A DNA stretch of 64,000 nt. Source: Cyanobacteria bacterium P01_D01_bin.156. Its GTDB lineage: Bacteria; Cyanobacteriota; Cyanobacteriia; Phormidesmidales; Phormidesmidaceae. Each line of letters opens with the position of its first letter. Within the stretch, counting starts at the first letter, position 1. The stretch spans positions 1 through 64,000 of the forward strand of contig JBCCQQ010000017.1 of assembly GCA_039024555.1 (NCBI GenBank). Reading direction: 5' to 3'. The translations under genes were made by a program, and so were the position numbers. Shown piece after piece: positions 50,421-60,085 of this stretch. Below the pieces are notes generated by a model. It ran no database searches. It saw only the letters and a list, made by a program, of their open reading frames with translations, and was not told the origin of the DNA.

Positions 50421-52268
50421 GTGGATATGTTAAGAAAAAAAATGCAACGCAAACGACACAATCGAAGTGGGACTTTGAGTCAAGATCTGCGGCAACTTTG
50501 GGGCTACTTGAGTCCACGGCGTCAATGGCAGCTTGGGGTGTTGTTGTTACTGCTGATTCTGACTGCACTGAGTGAGATGACTAGTGTGGGAGCAATTTTC
50601 CCCTTTTTAACAGCGCTGGATAATGCTGAGTCATTATTAAATAACCCACACTTGCAGCCAGGGATAACCTTATTACAGGTTAAGACAACACAGCAGTTGG
50701 TAACCTGGCTAGGCATGATATTTATTGGTGTTGTGCTTTTGGCCAATGGATTGCGTTTGGTGACATTACATATTCGTACTCGTTTAGCAGCAGCAATTGG
50801 GGCTGACATCAGCAGTCAGGTGTACTGTAATACATTGCGGCAGCCCTATAATTTTCATGTGACTCAAAATAGCAGCGACCTAATCCAGACACTGACTGCT
50901 GATGTTGAAAGTCTCACGTCTGGCGTTTTGCTCCCATTTCTTGTACTGGTGTCTAATGCTTTGCTTATACCCGCTTTGGTTGTAATGCTGCTATTAGTTG
51001 ATGGCAAGATTGCTCTAGGAACAGCGATACTCTTGGGTGGTACCTATGTAATAATCTATCGTACTCGTCAGCACTTGCTAAAGCGAAATAGTAAGATTTT
51101 AGCTTACTCAAATCAACAAAAGATTCAAGTTGTACAAGAGGGAATCGGTGGTATTCGGGATGTGCTGTTAGGCAATTCTCAACACTTTTTTGAGCAGATA
51201 TATCTCCGACATGAATCTGCGTTGAGACAGGCAAAGGCGACGAATTTAACTGTTTCACAGTCACCCGCTTATGTTATTGAAGCGCTAGCGCTCTCAGCCA
51301 TTGTGCTCCTCGCCTTGTCACTAGGACAGAGTGGTGATTTTAGTCGGGTTATACCGGTGTTAGGTAGTTTGGCCTTGGGGGCAAAGCGATTACTACCGGC
51401 TTTTCAATTTGTATTTAGCTCCATGGCAAAAATCCAGGGCGCACGGGCATCGTTGGTGCGGGTATTGTTAGCCTTGCAACGCCCCATTGATCCGTTGATG
51501 ACAACTGTGCCAGTGGAGCCTTTGAGGTTGGAGGGAGAACTTCGCCTTGAGCAGGTTTGGTTTCGTTATGGTGAGGAGACTGACTGGGTACTGCGCGATC
51601 TCAATTTGACGATCGGGGCTAAGACAATGGTTGGATTTGTAGGTAGTACAGGTAGTGGAAAAAGTACCACGGCTGATCTGATTTTAGGATTGTTGCAGCC
51701 TCAGCAAGGAACGATATTTGTGAATGGACTACCGCTGAAAGGTGAACGGCTGCGGCAATGGCAGCAGAGCATTGCCCATGTTCCCCAGAGTATCTTTCTG
51801 AGTGATGGAACAGTTGCAGAAAATATCGCGTTTGGGATTCCACGAACGCAGATTGACTTTAATCAGGTGCGGAAGGCAGCACGGTTGGCTCAGGCTGAGA
51901 ATTTTATTGAGAGCTTGCCAGCGGGCTATGAGACCTATGTGGGTGAGCGAGGGATTCGTCTGAGTGGCGGACAAAGGCAGCGAATTGGAATTGCACGGGC
52001 ACTGTATAAAAATACATCGGTGATTGTGTTCGATGAGGCGACGAGTGCTTTAGATAATACAACAGAGCAGGAGGTGATGGCAGCGATTGACGCGTTAAGT
52101 GGGGAGTTTACAATTATTTTAATTGCCCATCGTTTAAGTACAGTTGAGCAGTGTGATTTAGTAGTGGAGTTGAAGCAGGGGCAGGTAGTGGCCCAAGGGA
52201 AGTATAGAGATTTGATAAACTACTCTACTAGTTTTCAACAGATGGCGGGAGTAGAGACGACAAAATAA
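50421..52268 (+). CDS. ABC exporter with fused TMD+NBD (PglK/HepA-like lipid-linked glycan flippase)
   Basis: N-terminal TM helices; GSTGSGKST, LSGGQRQRIGIARALY, VFDEATSALD, IAHRLST; glycan-locus context. Confidence 0.9.
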   Translation: MDMLRKKMQRKRHNRSGTLSQDLRQLWGYLSPRRQWQLGVLLLLLILTALSEMTSVGAIFPFLTALDNAESLLNNPHLQPGITLLQVKTTQQLVTWLGMIFIGVVLLANGLRLVTLHIRTRLAAAIGADISSQVYCNTLRQPYNFHVTQNSSDLIQTLTADVESLTSGVLLPFLVLVSNALLIPALVVMLLLVDGKIALGTAILLGGTYVIIYRTRQHLLKRNSKILAYSNQQKIQVVQEGIGGIRDVLLGNSQHFFEQIYLRHESALRQAKATNLTVSQSPAYVIEALALSAIVLLALSLGQSGDFSRVIPVLGSLALGAKRLLPAFQFVFSSMAKIQGARASLVRVLLALQRPIDPLMTTVPVEPLRLEGELRLEQVWFRYGEETDWVLRDLNLTIGAKTMVGFVGSTGSGKSTTADLILGLLQPQQGTIFVNGLPLKGERLRQWQQSIAHVPQSIFLSDGTVAENIAFGIPRTQIDFNQVRKAARLAQAENFIESLPAGYETYVGERGIRLSGGQRQRIGIARALYKNTSVIVFDEATSALDNTTEQEVMAAIDALSGEFTIILIAHRLSTVEQCDLVVELKQGQVVAQGKYRDLINYSTSFQQMAGVETTK

Positions 52269-52298
52269 GTCTTTTATGATGTTCATGTAGCCTAAAAT

Positions 52299-53153
52299 AT
52301 GAATTGTTATTTATGTAATTCCACTTCTTTCAAACGTCGAACTGGTTCAGTTCGCGATAATCCAAAGTTGCAGATACTAGAGTGCACGGACTGCGGATTA
52401 GTTTTCCTCAGTTCTCTGGATCATATTCAACCCGGTTTCTACGAAGAATCGGGTATGCACGGCCAAACACTGCGTCCTATTGAAGACTGGTTAAAGGATA
52501 CGGAGTGGGATGATCAACGCCGTTTTCAAATGCTCAAGTCTATGTTGGTCAATAAAAAGGTGCTTGATTTTGGTTGCGGAGCAGGGGGCTTTTTGAAACG
52601 TGCTCAAAAACTAGCTTCTGAAGTGGCAGGAGTTGAATTAGAAAAACGGGTGCGAGAGTATTGGGGAGCGCAAATCAAAATTCATCCTGATGTCGAATCT
52701 ATAGATATTGTAGATGGCTACGATTTAATTACTGCTTTTCATGTTGTGGAGCATTTGCATGAGCCACGAGAAATGCTTGTTCAGCTTGGCAAGATGCTGA
52801 AATCAAGAGGCCGATTAGTTATCGAAGTGCCTAGTTCTGATGATGCACTAATTACCCTCTACGATTGTTCACCCTTTCAATCCTTTACTTACTGGAGCCA
52901 GCATCTTTATCTGTTTAATAGCGAAACATTGAAAAAGTTGGCTCTTCAGGCTGGGTTACGTGTTGTATCGATTCAACAGTTTCAGCGTTACCCGTTGTCT
53001 AATCACCTCTACTGGCTGAGTCAGGGTAAACCAGGTGGCCATTCGAAATGGTCTTTCTTAGACAGTTCTGAGTTAACTGATGCCTACGCTGCGTCTTTGG
53101 CCGCTGTAGGAAGGTGCGATACATTGGTAGCACATTTAGAGCTAAACAGTTAA
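52299..53153 (+). CDS. Class I SAM-dependent methyltransferase with an N-terminal Zn-ribbon
   Basis: CYLC...CTDC, VLDFGCGAG, FHVVEH, LVIEVP. Confidence 0.9.
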   Translation: MNCYLCNSTSFKRRTGSVRDNPKLQILECTDCGLVFLSSLDHIQPGFYEESGMHGQTLRPIEDWLKDTEWDDQRRFQMLKSMLVNKKVLDFGCGAGGFLKRAQKLASEVAGVELEKRVREYWGAQIKIHPDVESIDIVDGYDLITAFHVVEHLHEPREMLVQLGKMLKSRGRLVIEVPSSDDALITLYDCSPFQSFTYWSQHLYLFNSETLKKLALQAGLRVVSIQQFQRYPLSNHLYWLSQGKPGGHSKWSFLDSSELTDAYAASLAAVGRCDTLVAHLELNS

Positions 53154-53242
53154 CAAGAGCAAATACCTCTAGTGTTTTTAATTATATTAAAAATGCTACA
53201 ATCTCTAGCAAACAAGTCCTTCTATTTGTAATTATTGTTGTT

Positions 53243-53956
53243 TTGAATCCTGTTATTACTATTATTCCAGCTAGAGGTGGTTCCAAAGGTATTCCTGGAA
53301 AGAATGTGCGTTGCCTTATAGACAAACCACTCATCGCTTACTCTATCCTTGATGCTCAAGAATCTCACCAAGTCGATCAAACCTACGTCACTACTGATGA
53401 CTCAGAAATCGCATCAGTATCCCGCCACTATGGAGCAGAGATTATTCAACGTCCTCCAGACTTAGCTACAGATACAGCAGCATCTGAATCAGCACTCATC
53501 CACGCTCTAACTGCCATTGAAACAGAAGGTACCTGTCCAGAACTAATTGTTTTTCTACAATGTACTTCTCCCTTGCGAACTGGTGCCGATATTGATCATG
53601 CTATTCAACAGCTGCGGGATGAGAATGCTGACTCTTTGCTTTCTGTTTCACCCTCCCATAGATTTCTCTGGCACATGGTAGATGGTGTAGCCCGGTCTAT
53701 AAATTATGACTACTGTCATCGCCGTCGTCGCCAAGATATGAACCCTCAATTTGTCGAAAACGGTTCAATTTATGTCTTCAAACCCTGGGTTCTTAAAGAA
53801 CTCAGAAATCGACTGGGAGGTAAGATCTCGCTCTTTCCTATGAGCGAAGCTGCCGCTCACGAAATCGATTCCACGCTAGATTTTAAAATAGCAGAGTTTT
53901 TGATAAAAAACTATCAAATTACTAATAAGGAGGACAGTAATGATCGAACTACCTAA
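53243..53956 (+). CDS. neuA: Acylneuraminate (nonulosonate) cytidylyltransferase
   Basis: IIPARGGSKGIPGKN, LQCTSPLR, ENGSIY, EIDS..D. Likely TTG start at 53243; the track begins at 53114. Confidence 0.9.
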   Translation: MNPVITIIPARGGSKGIPGKNVRCLIDKPLIAYSILDAQESHQVDQTYVTTDDSEIASVSRHYGAEIIQRPPDLATDTAASESALIHALTAIETEGTCPELIVFLQCTSPLRTGADIDHAIQQLRDENADSLLSVSPSHRFLWHMVDGVARSINYDYCHRRRRQDMNPQFVENGSIYVFKPWVLKELRNRLGGKISLFPMSEAAAHEIDSTLDFKIAEFLIKNYQITNKEDSNDRTT

Positions 53957-54602
53957 TTTCGAGAATAGCTTTCAATATGAGAATGATTTTTTCCTTTCTT
54001 GTAACCCTGCTCGAATAGGAAAACTCTTGGCTCATTATGAACTTTACAAGAAAATCCTAGAACTACCAGGTAGCATCGTTGAATGCGGTGTATTTAAAGG
54101 GGCTTCTTTTTCAAGATTTGCTATTTTTAGAGAACTCTTTGAAAATACTTATTCTAGGAAAATTATTGGTTTCGACATTTTTGGCAAATTTCCTGAAACA
54201 AATTTTGAAGCAGACAAAAAAACTCGTAGTAAGTTCATCGAGTCTGCAGGAGAAGATAGTATATCGAGAGAGCAACTCCTCAAAGTTCTTGAGAACAAAG
54301 GTATCCAGAAAAACGTGGAGCTTGTGAGTGGAGATATTGTTAAGACTGTTCCTTTGTTTGTCCAAGAACATCCGGAATTAAAGATCTCTCTCTTGAATCT
54401 TGATACAGATATTTATGAACCTGCAGTAACTATATTAGAAAATCTTTGGCCTAAGATTATTGTCGGTGGAATTTTAATTTTAGATGATTATGGAGTTTTT
54501 CCTGGAGAAACCAAGGCAGTCGATGATTTTTTTGGGGATCATCACGTAGACATTCTTAAGCTTCCTTTTTGTATGACTCCCTCCTACATTATTAAAAAAT
54601 AA
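53940..54602 (+). CDS. TylF/MycF-like sugar O-methyltransferase
   Basis: GSIVECGVFKGAS, GFDIF, LNLDTDIYEP, GGILILDDYG. Confidence 0.85.
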   Translation: MIELPNFENSFQYENDFFLSCNPARIGKLLAHYELYKKILELPGSIVECGVFKGASFSRFAIFRELFENTYSRKIIGFDIFGKFPETNFEADKKTRSKFIESAGEDSISREQLLKVLENKGIQKNVELVSGDIVKTVPLFVQEHPELKISLLNLDTDIYEPAVTILENLWPKIIVGGILILDDYGVFPGETKAVDDFFGDHHVDILKLPFCMTPSYIIKK

Positions 54603-54612
54603 AGATCAGGCC

Positions 54613-56859
54613 ATGTTAGTTGACAGAGATCTTGCTAAATATATTGTTTTTGCTGAAGACAGTGTTCTCAACGCGCTTAAAAAGATCAGTGACAATAAAA
54701 GCCGTATTATCTTTTCTGTTACAGAGTCAGGCTTCCTAGAAGGTCTTATGACTGACGGTGATTTTCGCCGTTGGCTTGTTAATCAAGATAATATTGATTT
54801 AAATCAAGCTGTCTGTGAAGTCTCTAATAAGAACTATAAATCTGTCTCTGTCGATGCAGACCCTAAGCAAATTTTGTCCGCATTTTCAGCAGGTGTAGAA
54901 TTTATTCCGCTAATTGATGCCGCAGGTCACCTGGTCGCAGTTGCCCGCAAGCGACCAGATGGCGTGCAGATTAGTAATTTCAAAATTGATGCCAATTCGC
55001 CAACGTTTGTCATTGCTGAGATTGGCAATAACCATAATGGTGATCTGGGGTTAGCCAAGAAGCTTGTTGATTTAGCGGTGGAATCGGGGGCCAACTGTGC
55101 CAAGTTCCAACTGCGTAGTATGAAAACCTTATATCGCAATGCTGGCAATGCTAATGATGCTAGCGAAGATCTTGGCTCTCAGTACACACTTGACCTGTTA
55201 TCACGCTTCCAGCTTTCGCCAAATGCTATGCTGGAAGTGTTTGACTACTGTAAGTCTCGAGGTATTTTACCTCTTTGTACACCTTGGGATCTAGACAGCC
55301 TCGAAATTCTCGAAGGTTACGGCATGCCAGGCTACAAGGTCGCATCTGCCGACCTAACGAATCATGACTTACTACGAGCCTTAGTTAAAACGGGTAAGCC
55401 TCTGATCTGTTCTACAGGCATGTCTACTGAAAGTGAAATTACTGAATCAGTGCGGTTGTTGCAGCAACTCGGTGCAATGTATGTGTTGCTGCACTGTAAC
55501 TCTACCTATCCTGCACCTTTCAAAGATGTTAATCTCAACTATCTGGAGCGGCTCAAGGAAATTGGTGATTGTCCTGTAGGTTATTCAGGGCATGAACGGG
55601 ATATCAATGTGGCTATTGCGGCTGTAGCTAAGGGCGCTAAGGTGATTGAAAAGCATTTCACTATCGATAAATTTATGGAGGGTAACGATCATAAAGTAAG
55701 CCTGTTGCCAGATGAATTTCAAAAAATGGTGAAAGGCATTCGTCAGGTGGAATCAGCGCTTGGTACCAGCGGCGAACGTCGCCTTAGCCAAGGCGAATTA
55801 ATGAATCGTGAAACCTTGGCCAAGAGCTTGATCATTAATTGTGATTTAAGGGCTGGTCAGATTATTATGGCCGACATGTTGCAAGTCAAAAGTCCTGGAA
55901 AAGGTCTGCAACCGAACCGTAAAGCAGAGTTAATTGGACAACCAGCAAAGCGCGATTTTAAGTCAGGTGATTTCTTCTATCGCAGCGATCTTGAATTCGC
56001 TCGTGTTAAAGCAAGACACTACAAGTTTGATCGGCCTTGGGGCTTACCTGTACGCTATCACGACTTCAAGAGTATTCTTGAAAAAACCAATCCCGATCTG
56101 TTGGAATTCCACCTAAGTTATAAGGATATGGAGGAAGACCTGCATCAGTATTTTGATCAGGACTACAATTTGGGTTTAGTTGTACATAGTCCTGAGCTAT
56201 TTGCAGGGGATCATACACTGGATTTATGTTCTGAAAATGAGGATTATCGTCAGCGCTCCATTCAAGAATTGCAGCGTGTCATCAATGTTACCCGCGAATT
56301 AAAACCCTACTTTAAACAGGCTAGCTGCCCTTGTATCGTCACAAATGTTGGTGGTTTTAGCCTTGATGCTCCTCTGTATAGCTCAAAACGCGAGCACCTC
56401 TATCGACTACTACTCGATAGTTTTTCTGCTATTGATGCCGATGGAGTGGAAATCATTCCTCAGACCATGCCTCCTTTCCCCTGGCACTTTGGTGGGCAGC
56501 GCTATCACAATTTGTTCCTAGACGCTGAAGACATCACTAAGTTCTGTAATCAGCATGGCTATCGAATTTGTCTTGATGTGTCCCATTCTCAGCTAGCCTG
56601 TAATCATCACAAGTGGTCATTCAAGAAGTTTATCGAACAAGTTGCTCCCTATACAGCACATATCCACATTGCTGATGCTGAAGGAGTGGATGGAGAAGGG
56701 TTACAGATTGGAAAGGGGGGAATTGTTTTTTCTGATTTAGCAGAAGATTTACGAAAGACAACCCCTAATGCTTCGTTTATTCCTGAGGTTTGGCAAGGGC
56801 ATAAAAATGAGGGAGAAGGTTTTTGGATAGCTCTCGAGAGCTTAGAGCAATTTCTATGA
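54613..56859 (+). CDS. neuB: Nonulosonate synthase (NeuB family) fused to N-terminal CBS domains and a C-terminal isomerase-like TIM barrel
   Basis: GLMTDGDFRR (CBS); IAEIGNNHNG, KFQ, KVASAD, STGM, HCNSTYP, GYSGHE, IEKHFT (NeuB); SAF-like segment; then EFH, CLDVSH, HIHIAD, PEVWQGH (TIM barrel). Confidence 0.9.
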   Translation: MLVDRDLAKYIVFAEDSVLNALKKISDNKSRIIFSVTESGFLEGLMTDGDFRRWLVNQDNIDLNQAVCEVSNKNYKSVSVDADPKQILSAFSAGVEFIPLIDAAGHLVAVARKRPDGVQISNFKIDANSPTFVIAEIGNNHNGDLGLAKKLVDLAVESGANCAKFQLRSMKTLYRNAGNANDASEDLGSQYTLDLLSRFQLSPNAMLEVFDYCKSRGILPLCTPWDLDSLEILEGYGMPGYKVASADLTNHDLLRALVKTGKPLICSTGMSTESEITESVRLLQQLGAMYVLLHCNSTYPAPFKDVNLNYLERLKEIGDCPVGYSGHERDINVAIAAVAKGAKVIEKHFTIDKFMEGNDHKVSLLPDEFQKMVKGIRQVESALGTSGERRLSQGELMNRETLAKSLIINCDLRAGQIIMADMLQVKSPGKGLQPNRKAELIGQPAKRDFKSGDFFYRSDLEFARVKARHYKFDRPWGLPVRYHDFKSILEKTNPDLLEFHLSYKDMEEDLHQYFDQDYNLGLVVHSPELFAGDHTLDLCSENEDYRQRSIQELQRVINVTRELKPYFKQASCPCIVTNVGGFSLDAPLYSSKREHLYRLLLDSFSAIDADGVEIIPQTMPPFPWHFGGQRYHNLFLDAEDITKFCNQHGYRICLDVSHSQLACNHHKWSFKKFIEQVAPYTAHIHIADAEGVDGEGLQIGKGGIVFSDLAEDLRKTTPNASFIPEVWQGHKNEGEGFWIALESLEQFL

Positions 56860-57272
56860 CTTGTCATAACATGGAAAACTGCTAACTTAGCTAGCATAAA
56901 GAGTGAGTAAGACTACAGCATTTCTTAGGTTTACTATCAGAGAAAAGCAACGCAATTGGGAACGTTTAGTGATTCCATGAAATAAAAAATTAAGAAAAGC
57001 ATGGATCAGGTTTTTTATATTGCTCAACTTCGAAAGACTTAAAGAAACTCTCTCTTTAAAGATCATTGATTCTCGTTGAAGAGTAGACAAAGATACCTCT
57101 CAGGTGAAGAGCCATTATGAGCAACTTTGGGCATGATGGGACATTAAAATTATTCAGTATCAAATTTCTAGAATCTTCCACAAAATATAATTTTCAAGCT
57201 ATTCAAGAGGGGAAAGGCCATTTTTTATATTATTTAGTTAGGAAACACCATACCTCACCAGATAGAGAAACT

Positions 57273-57292
57273 CTATCTATCTATCTATCTAT
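57273..57292. repeat. Tetranucleotide simple-sequence repeat (CTAT)5
   Basis: CTATCTATCTATCTATCTAT read directly. Confidence 0.9.
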
Positions 57293-57455
57293 TACTTATT
57301 GTCATATCAGCATTTATTCACAGTAAAAGCCTTTAACTATAAAGATAAAGTAAGCTTTCAAATAGGTTTAAATAAGACAAACCTTTTTAACCTAAATAAC
57401 CAATATCTTTTAACTTTTGAACGATCAAATGTAATGCGCAATGCAATGAAAAGCC

Positions 57456-58274
57456 ATGATGAAAAATCAACTTCGGTCAAAAATTTTACCTTATTATTTT
57501 AATATACCTCCTATAACAGAAAATCTGCTTGCTTCAAAAAAACAATCTGAAACTCTTTTCGTTTTAGGATCTGGAACTTCAATCTGTGAATATACTGCTC
57601 GAATGTGGAATCACATTCAGAGAAATGACTCTATTGGATTTAATTTTTGGATTCTACATGAATTTGTTCCTACATTCTATGTAACAGAACTTATCGCATC
57701 TCCTTTGAGTTCAAGATATATTTCACTTATCAAAAATTTGACTTTAGTTAAGGACCGGTATGCTTCCTGTTTAAAGATGTTTAAATCGCCGATTTCAGGC
57801 AGTAGATACAGGCAAATTAAAAAAATTGGGGGCTATACGGCTAATTCTCACTGGATTGCAGCAAAAGATCAGCAAGATCTTCAGAATCAACTCCAAGTGC
57901 TGACTCAAAAGAAGAGTTTTTATCCAGTATTTTGCCACCAAACAGCAACGGTAGATTGGACAATATTCTTCTCTATAATATTGCGCTATAAAAAAATTGT
58001 TCTGTGTGGTGTTGATTTGAATAACGGAGATTACTTTTACGAATCATATCGTGAAAAAATAGAGTCTCGTGGGTTAATTGTTCCAGAAAATGTACAAGGC
58101 CGTGTGCATAAAACTAATGATCCAGAGCAAAATAAAGGAATCACTATAGCTGAAGTCATTCGAGCTTATCAGTCTGCTGACTTGAAATATTTACCTGACA
58201 TGTATATTGCTTCGAAGTCATCCGCATTATATCCACAACTTTCTTTGTATGATTGGGACAACGCAAGTCTCTGA
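57456..58274 (+). CDS. Putative glycosyltransferase of the GT42/Maf (DUF115)-like fold
   Basis: TLFVLGSGTSI, DSIGFN and YKKIVLCGVDL...YFY echo the GNGPS / IYLSGIDF motifs of CstII-type sialyltransferases. Confidence 0.6.
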   Translation: MMKNQLRSKILPYYFNIPPITENLLASKKQSETLFVLGSGTSICEYTARMWNHIQRNDSIGFNFWILHEFVPTFYVTELIASPLSSRYISLIKNLTLVKDRYASCLKMFKSPISGSRYRQIKKIGGYTANSHWIAAKDQQDLQNQLQVLTQKKSFYPVFCHQTATVDWTIFFSIILRYKKIVLCGVDLNNGDYFYESYREKIESRGLIVPENVQGRVHKTNDPEQNKGITIAEVIRAYQSADLKYLPDMYIASKSSALYPQLSLYDWDNASL

Positions 58275-58389
58275 AGTTAAAAGACCTAAGAAATGGATAA
58301 TTTGTTATCCACTCTGGTTGACTGACAAAAGATTTAAGCCGGAATGCACGCGATGAAATTAAATTCACATTCATATGAACGTTCTCGCT

Positions 58390-58603
58390 GACGCTTGGAG
58401 ACACAAGTAGTCTGCGAGTCAAGTGTATTGGATAAATGCTGTGGGACATTAATTAAGCTTGAGGTATTGGTTGATGGCTTGACGAATTCCATTCCAGCCA
58501 ATTTCGGGATGAGACTTCATGTCGTGCTGTCCAATGGGGGCAACGAGCTAGCATTGACCTTGAAGTACAACCTGTGTGGCTTGCAGTATTAAAAACAGGA
58601 TAG
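58390..58603 (+). pseudogene. Frameshifted remnant of a GT4 C-terminus
   Basis: Joining pieces across two frameshifts gives DTSSLR/ESSVLDKCCGTLIKLEVLVDGLT/EFHSSQFRDETSCRAVQWGQRASIDLEVQPVWLAVLKTG*, which resembles the GT4 terminal helices. Confidence 0.45.
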
Positions 58604-58654
58604 TTAAGACAACAGCCGACAGAAACTTTATCAACTCAACCAAGGATCAGAATT

Positions 58655-59938
58655 ATGGCAAGAATAGTTTATTTCCCTCTTTTTTCTTCAAGCGTTGATT
58701 CAAAAGTATTCTCTCTGGATGAACCAAATCCTGGGGTAGGAGGTACACAATTTACGACTATTCGTCTGGCAATTCTGTTGAGTATAGCCTGCCCAACATG
58801 GAACATCCATTTAGTAAATAATCTGCCATTTAAGATTAAGGATAAGCCAAATAATCTTAACCAACTACACTTTAATACTCCTGATGATTTCTTTAATCAT
58901 TTAGATGAATATTTTCCGGGAGTGGTTGTGTCAACTCCGTCCGTTTTATGTAAGACCAATTTTAATATTCTCCGAAAAATAGAAGAGAAGATAATTTGCT
59001 GGAGTCGTCATCCATTTGACCCAGGTGCTGACAAAGTGGCTAGAAATCTTAAGGTGAAAGGGATTGTCTGTGTCGGCATTTATCAATTCTTTTCAAATAA
59101 GTTTATTCATTCAGATTTGTTCAGTATCCAAAATGTATTTATTTATCCGGAAGTTGCTATTGATGACGATAAGGATATTTCGAGAAAGGAAAAAATTGAT
59201 GTCGTTTACTTAGGCGCGTTACGCCCGAGTAAGGGATTTTTAGATGTCGCAAAGTCGTGGTGTGCATTGAAAAGTAAATTCCCTGGTATAAAGCTACATG
59301 TTATCGGCTCTGCTGAAACACATGCGCTGCAGTCCGTGTCTAGTCCTGTACCAGCTTCTTCTACAGAATATGCTAACCAGATTCTTGAATTTATTGATGC
59401 AGAAGATATTGTGCATGGTAATGTCATATTCTATGGAAATTTGGGTAGAGAAAAATTTGACATTATCAAAAATTGTGATTTTGCTATCCTGAATCCGACA
59501 GGCATAGGCGAGGCTTTTCCAGCTTCACCGCTTGAGGTTATGTCATGTGGTGTGCCTGTAATCACCTCAAATGACTATGGAATGTCTGATTGTATGCGCT
59601 TCTTTCCTGAACTGGTCATAAATAGTTATCAGGAAATTGTGTATAAAGCCATATGGCTAGTAGAAGATCCTTTGAGGTACCGTGAGGTTCAGCGCAGAGC
59701 AGTTGCTGTTGCTAAATGGTTTGACCTTCAGACAGATGGCATAGTCGTTAATTGGATTAGACTAATTAACTCAACCATTGAAAATACCGGTATTAGTCTA
59801 CCGCCCATTATGCCCTTCAATGGTTCAAGGGCTAAACTGTATCGCAGGCTTTACTTTGGTCCTGTAATGAACAAAATACAGAGAATACCGGCCAAGTTGT
59901 TTGGTAAGCAAGCGAAAATAAAGAATATATCTTCCTGA
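58655..59938 (+). CDS. Glycosyltransferase family 4
   Basis: GVGGTQ, VVYLGALRPSKG, EAFPASPLEVMSCGVPVI (E-X7-E). Confidence 0.87.
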   Translation: MARIVYFPLFSSSVDSKVFSLDEPNPGVGGTQFTTIRLAILLSIACPTWNIHLVNNLPFKIKDKPNNLNQLHFNTPDDFFNHLDEYFPGVVVSTPSVLCKTNFNILRKIEEKIICWSRHPFDPGADKVARNLKVKGIVCVGIYQFFSNKFIHSDLFSIQNVFIYPEVAIDDDKDISRKEKIDVVYLGALRPSKGFLDVAKSWCALKSKFPGIKLHVIGSAETHALQSVSSPVPASSTEYANQILEFIDAEDIVHGNVIFYGNLGREKFDIIKNCDFAILNPTGIGEAFPASPLEVMSCGVPVITSNDYGMSDCMRFFPELVINSYQEIVYKAIWLVEDPLRYREVQRRAVAVAKWFDLQTDGIVVNWIRLINSTIENTGISLPPIMPFNGSRAKLYRRLYFGPVMNKIQRIPAKLFGKQAKIKNISS

Positions 59939-60085
59939 GTCTTGCAGATCTCATGCCCTTATATCTTAGCTTGACTTTATCGATATGAAGCTGGTGCTAG
60001 CTACCGTGGAAAGTCAGTTTTACGCTAGGCGTTTTTGTTAGTCAAGCAGCTTTCTAAGCTAAGCCCAAAACTTATAATCACTCAA

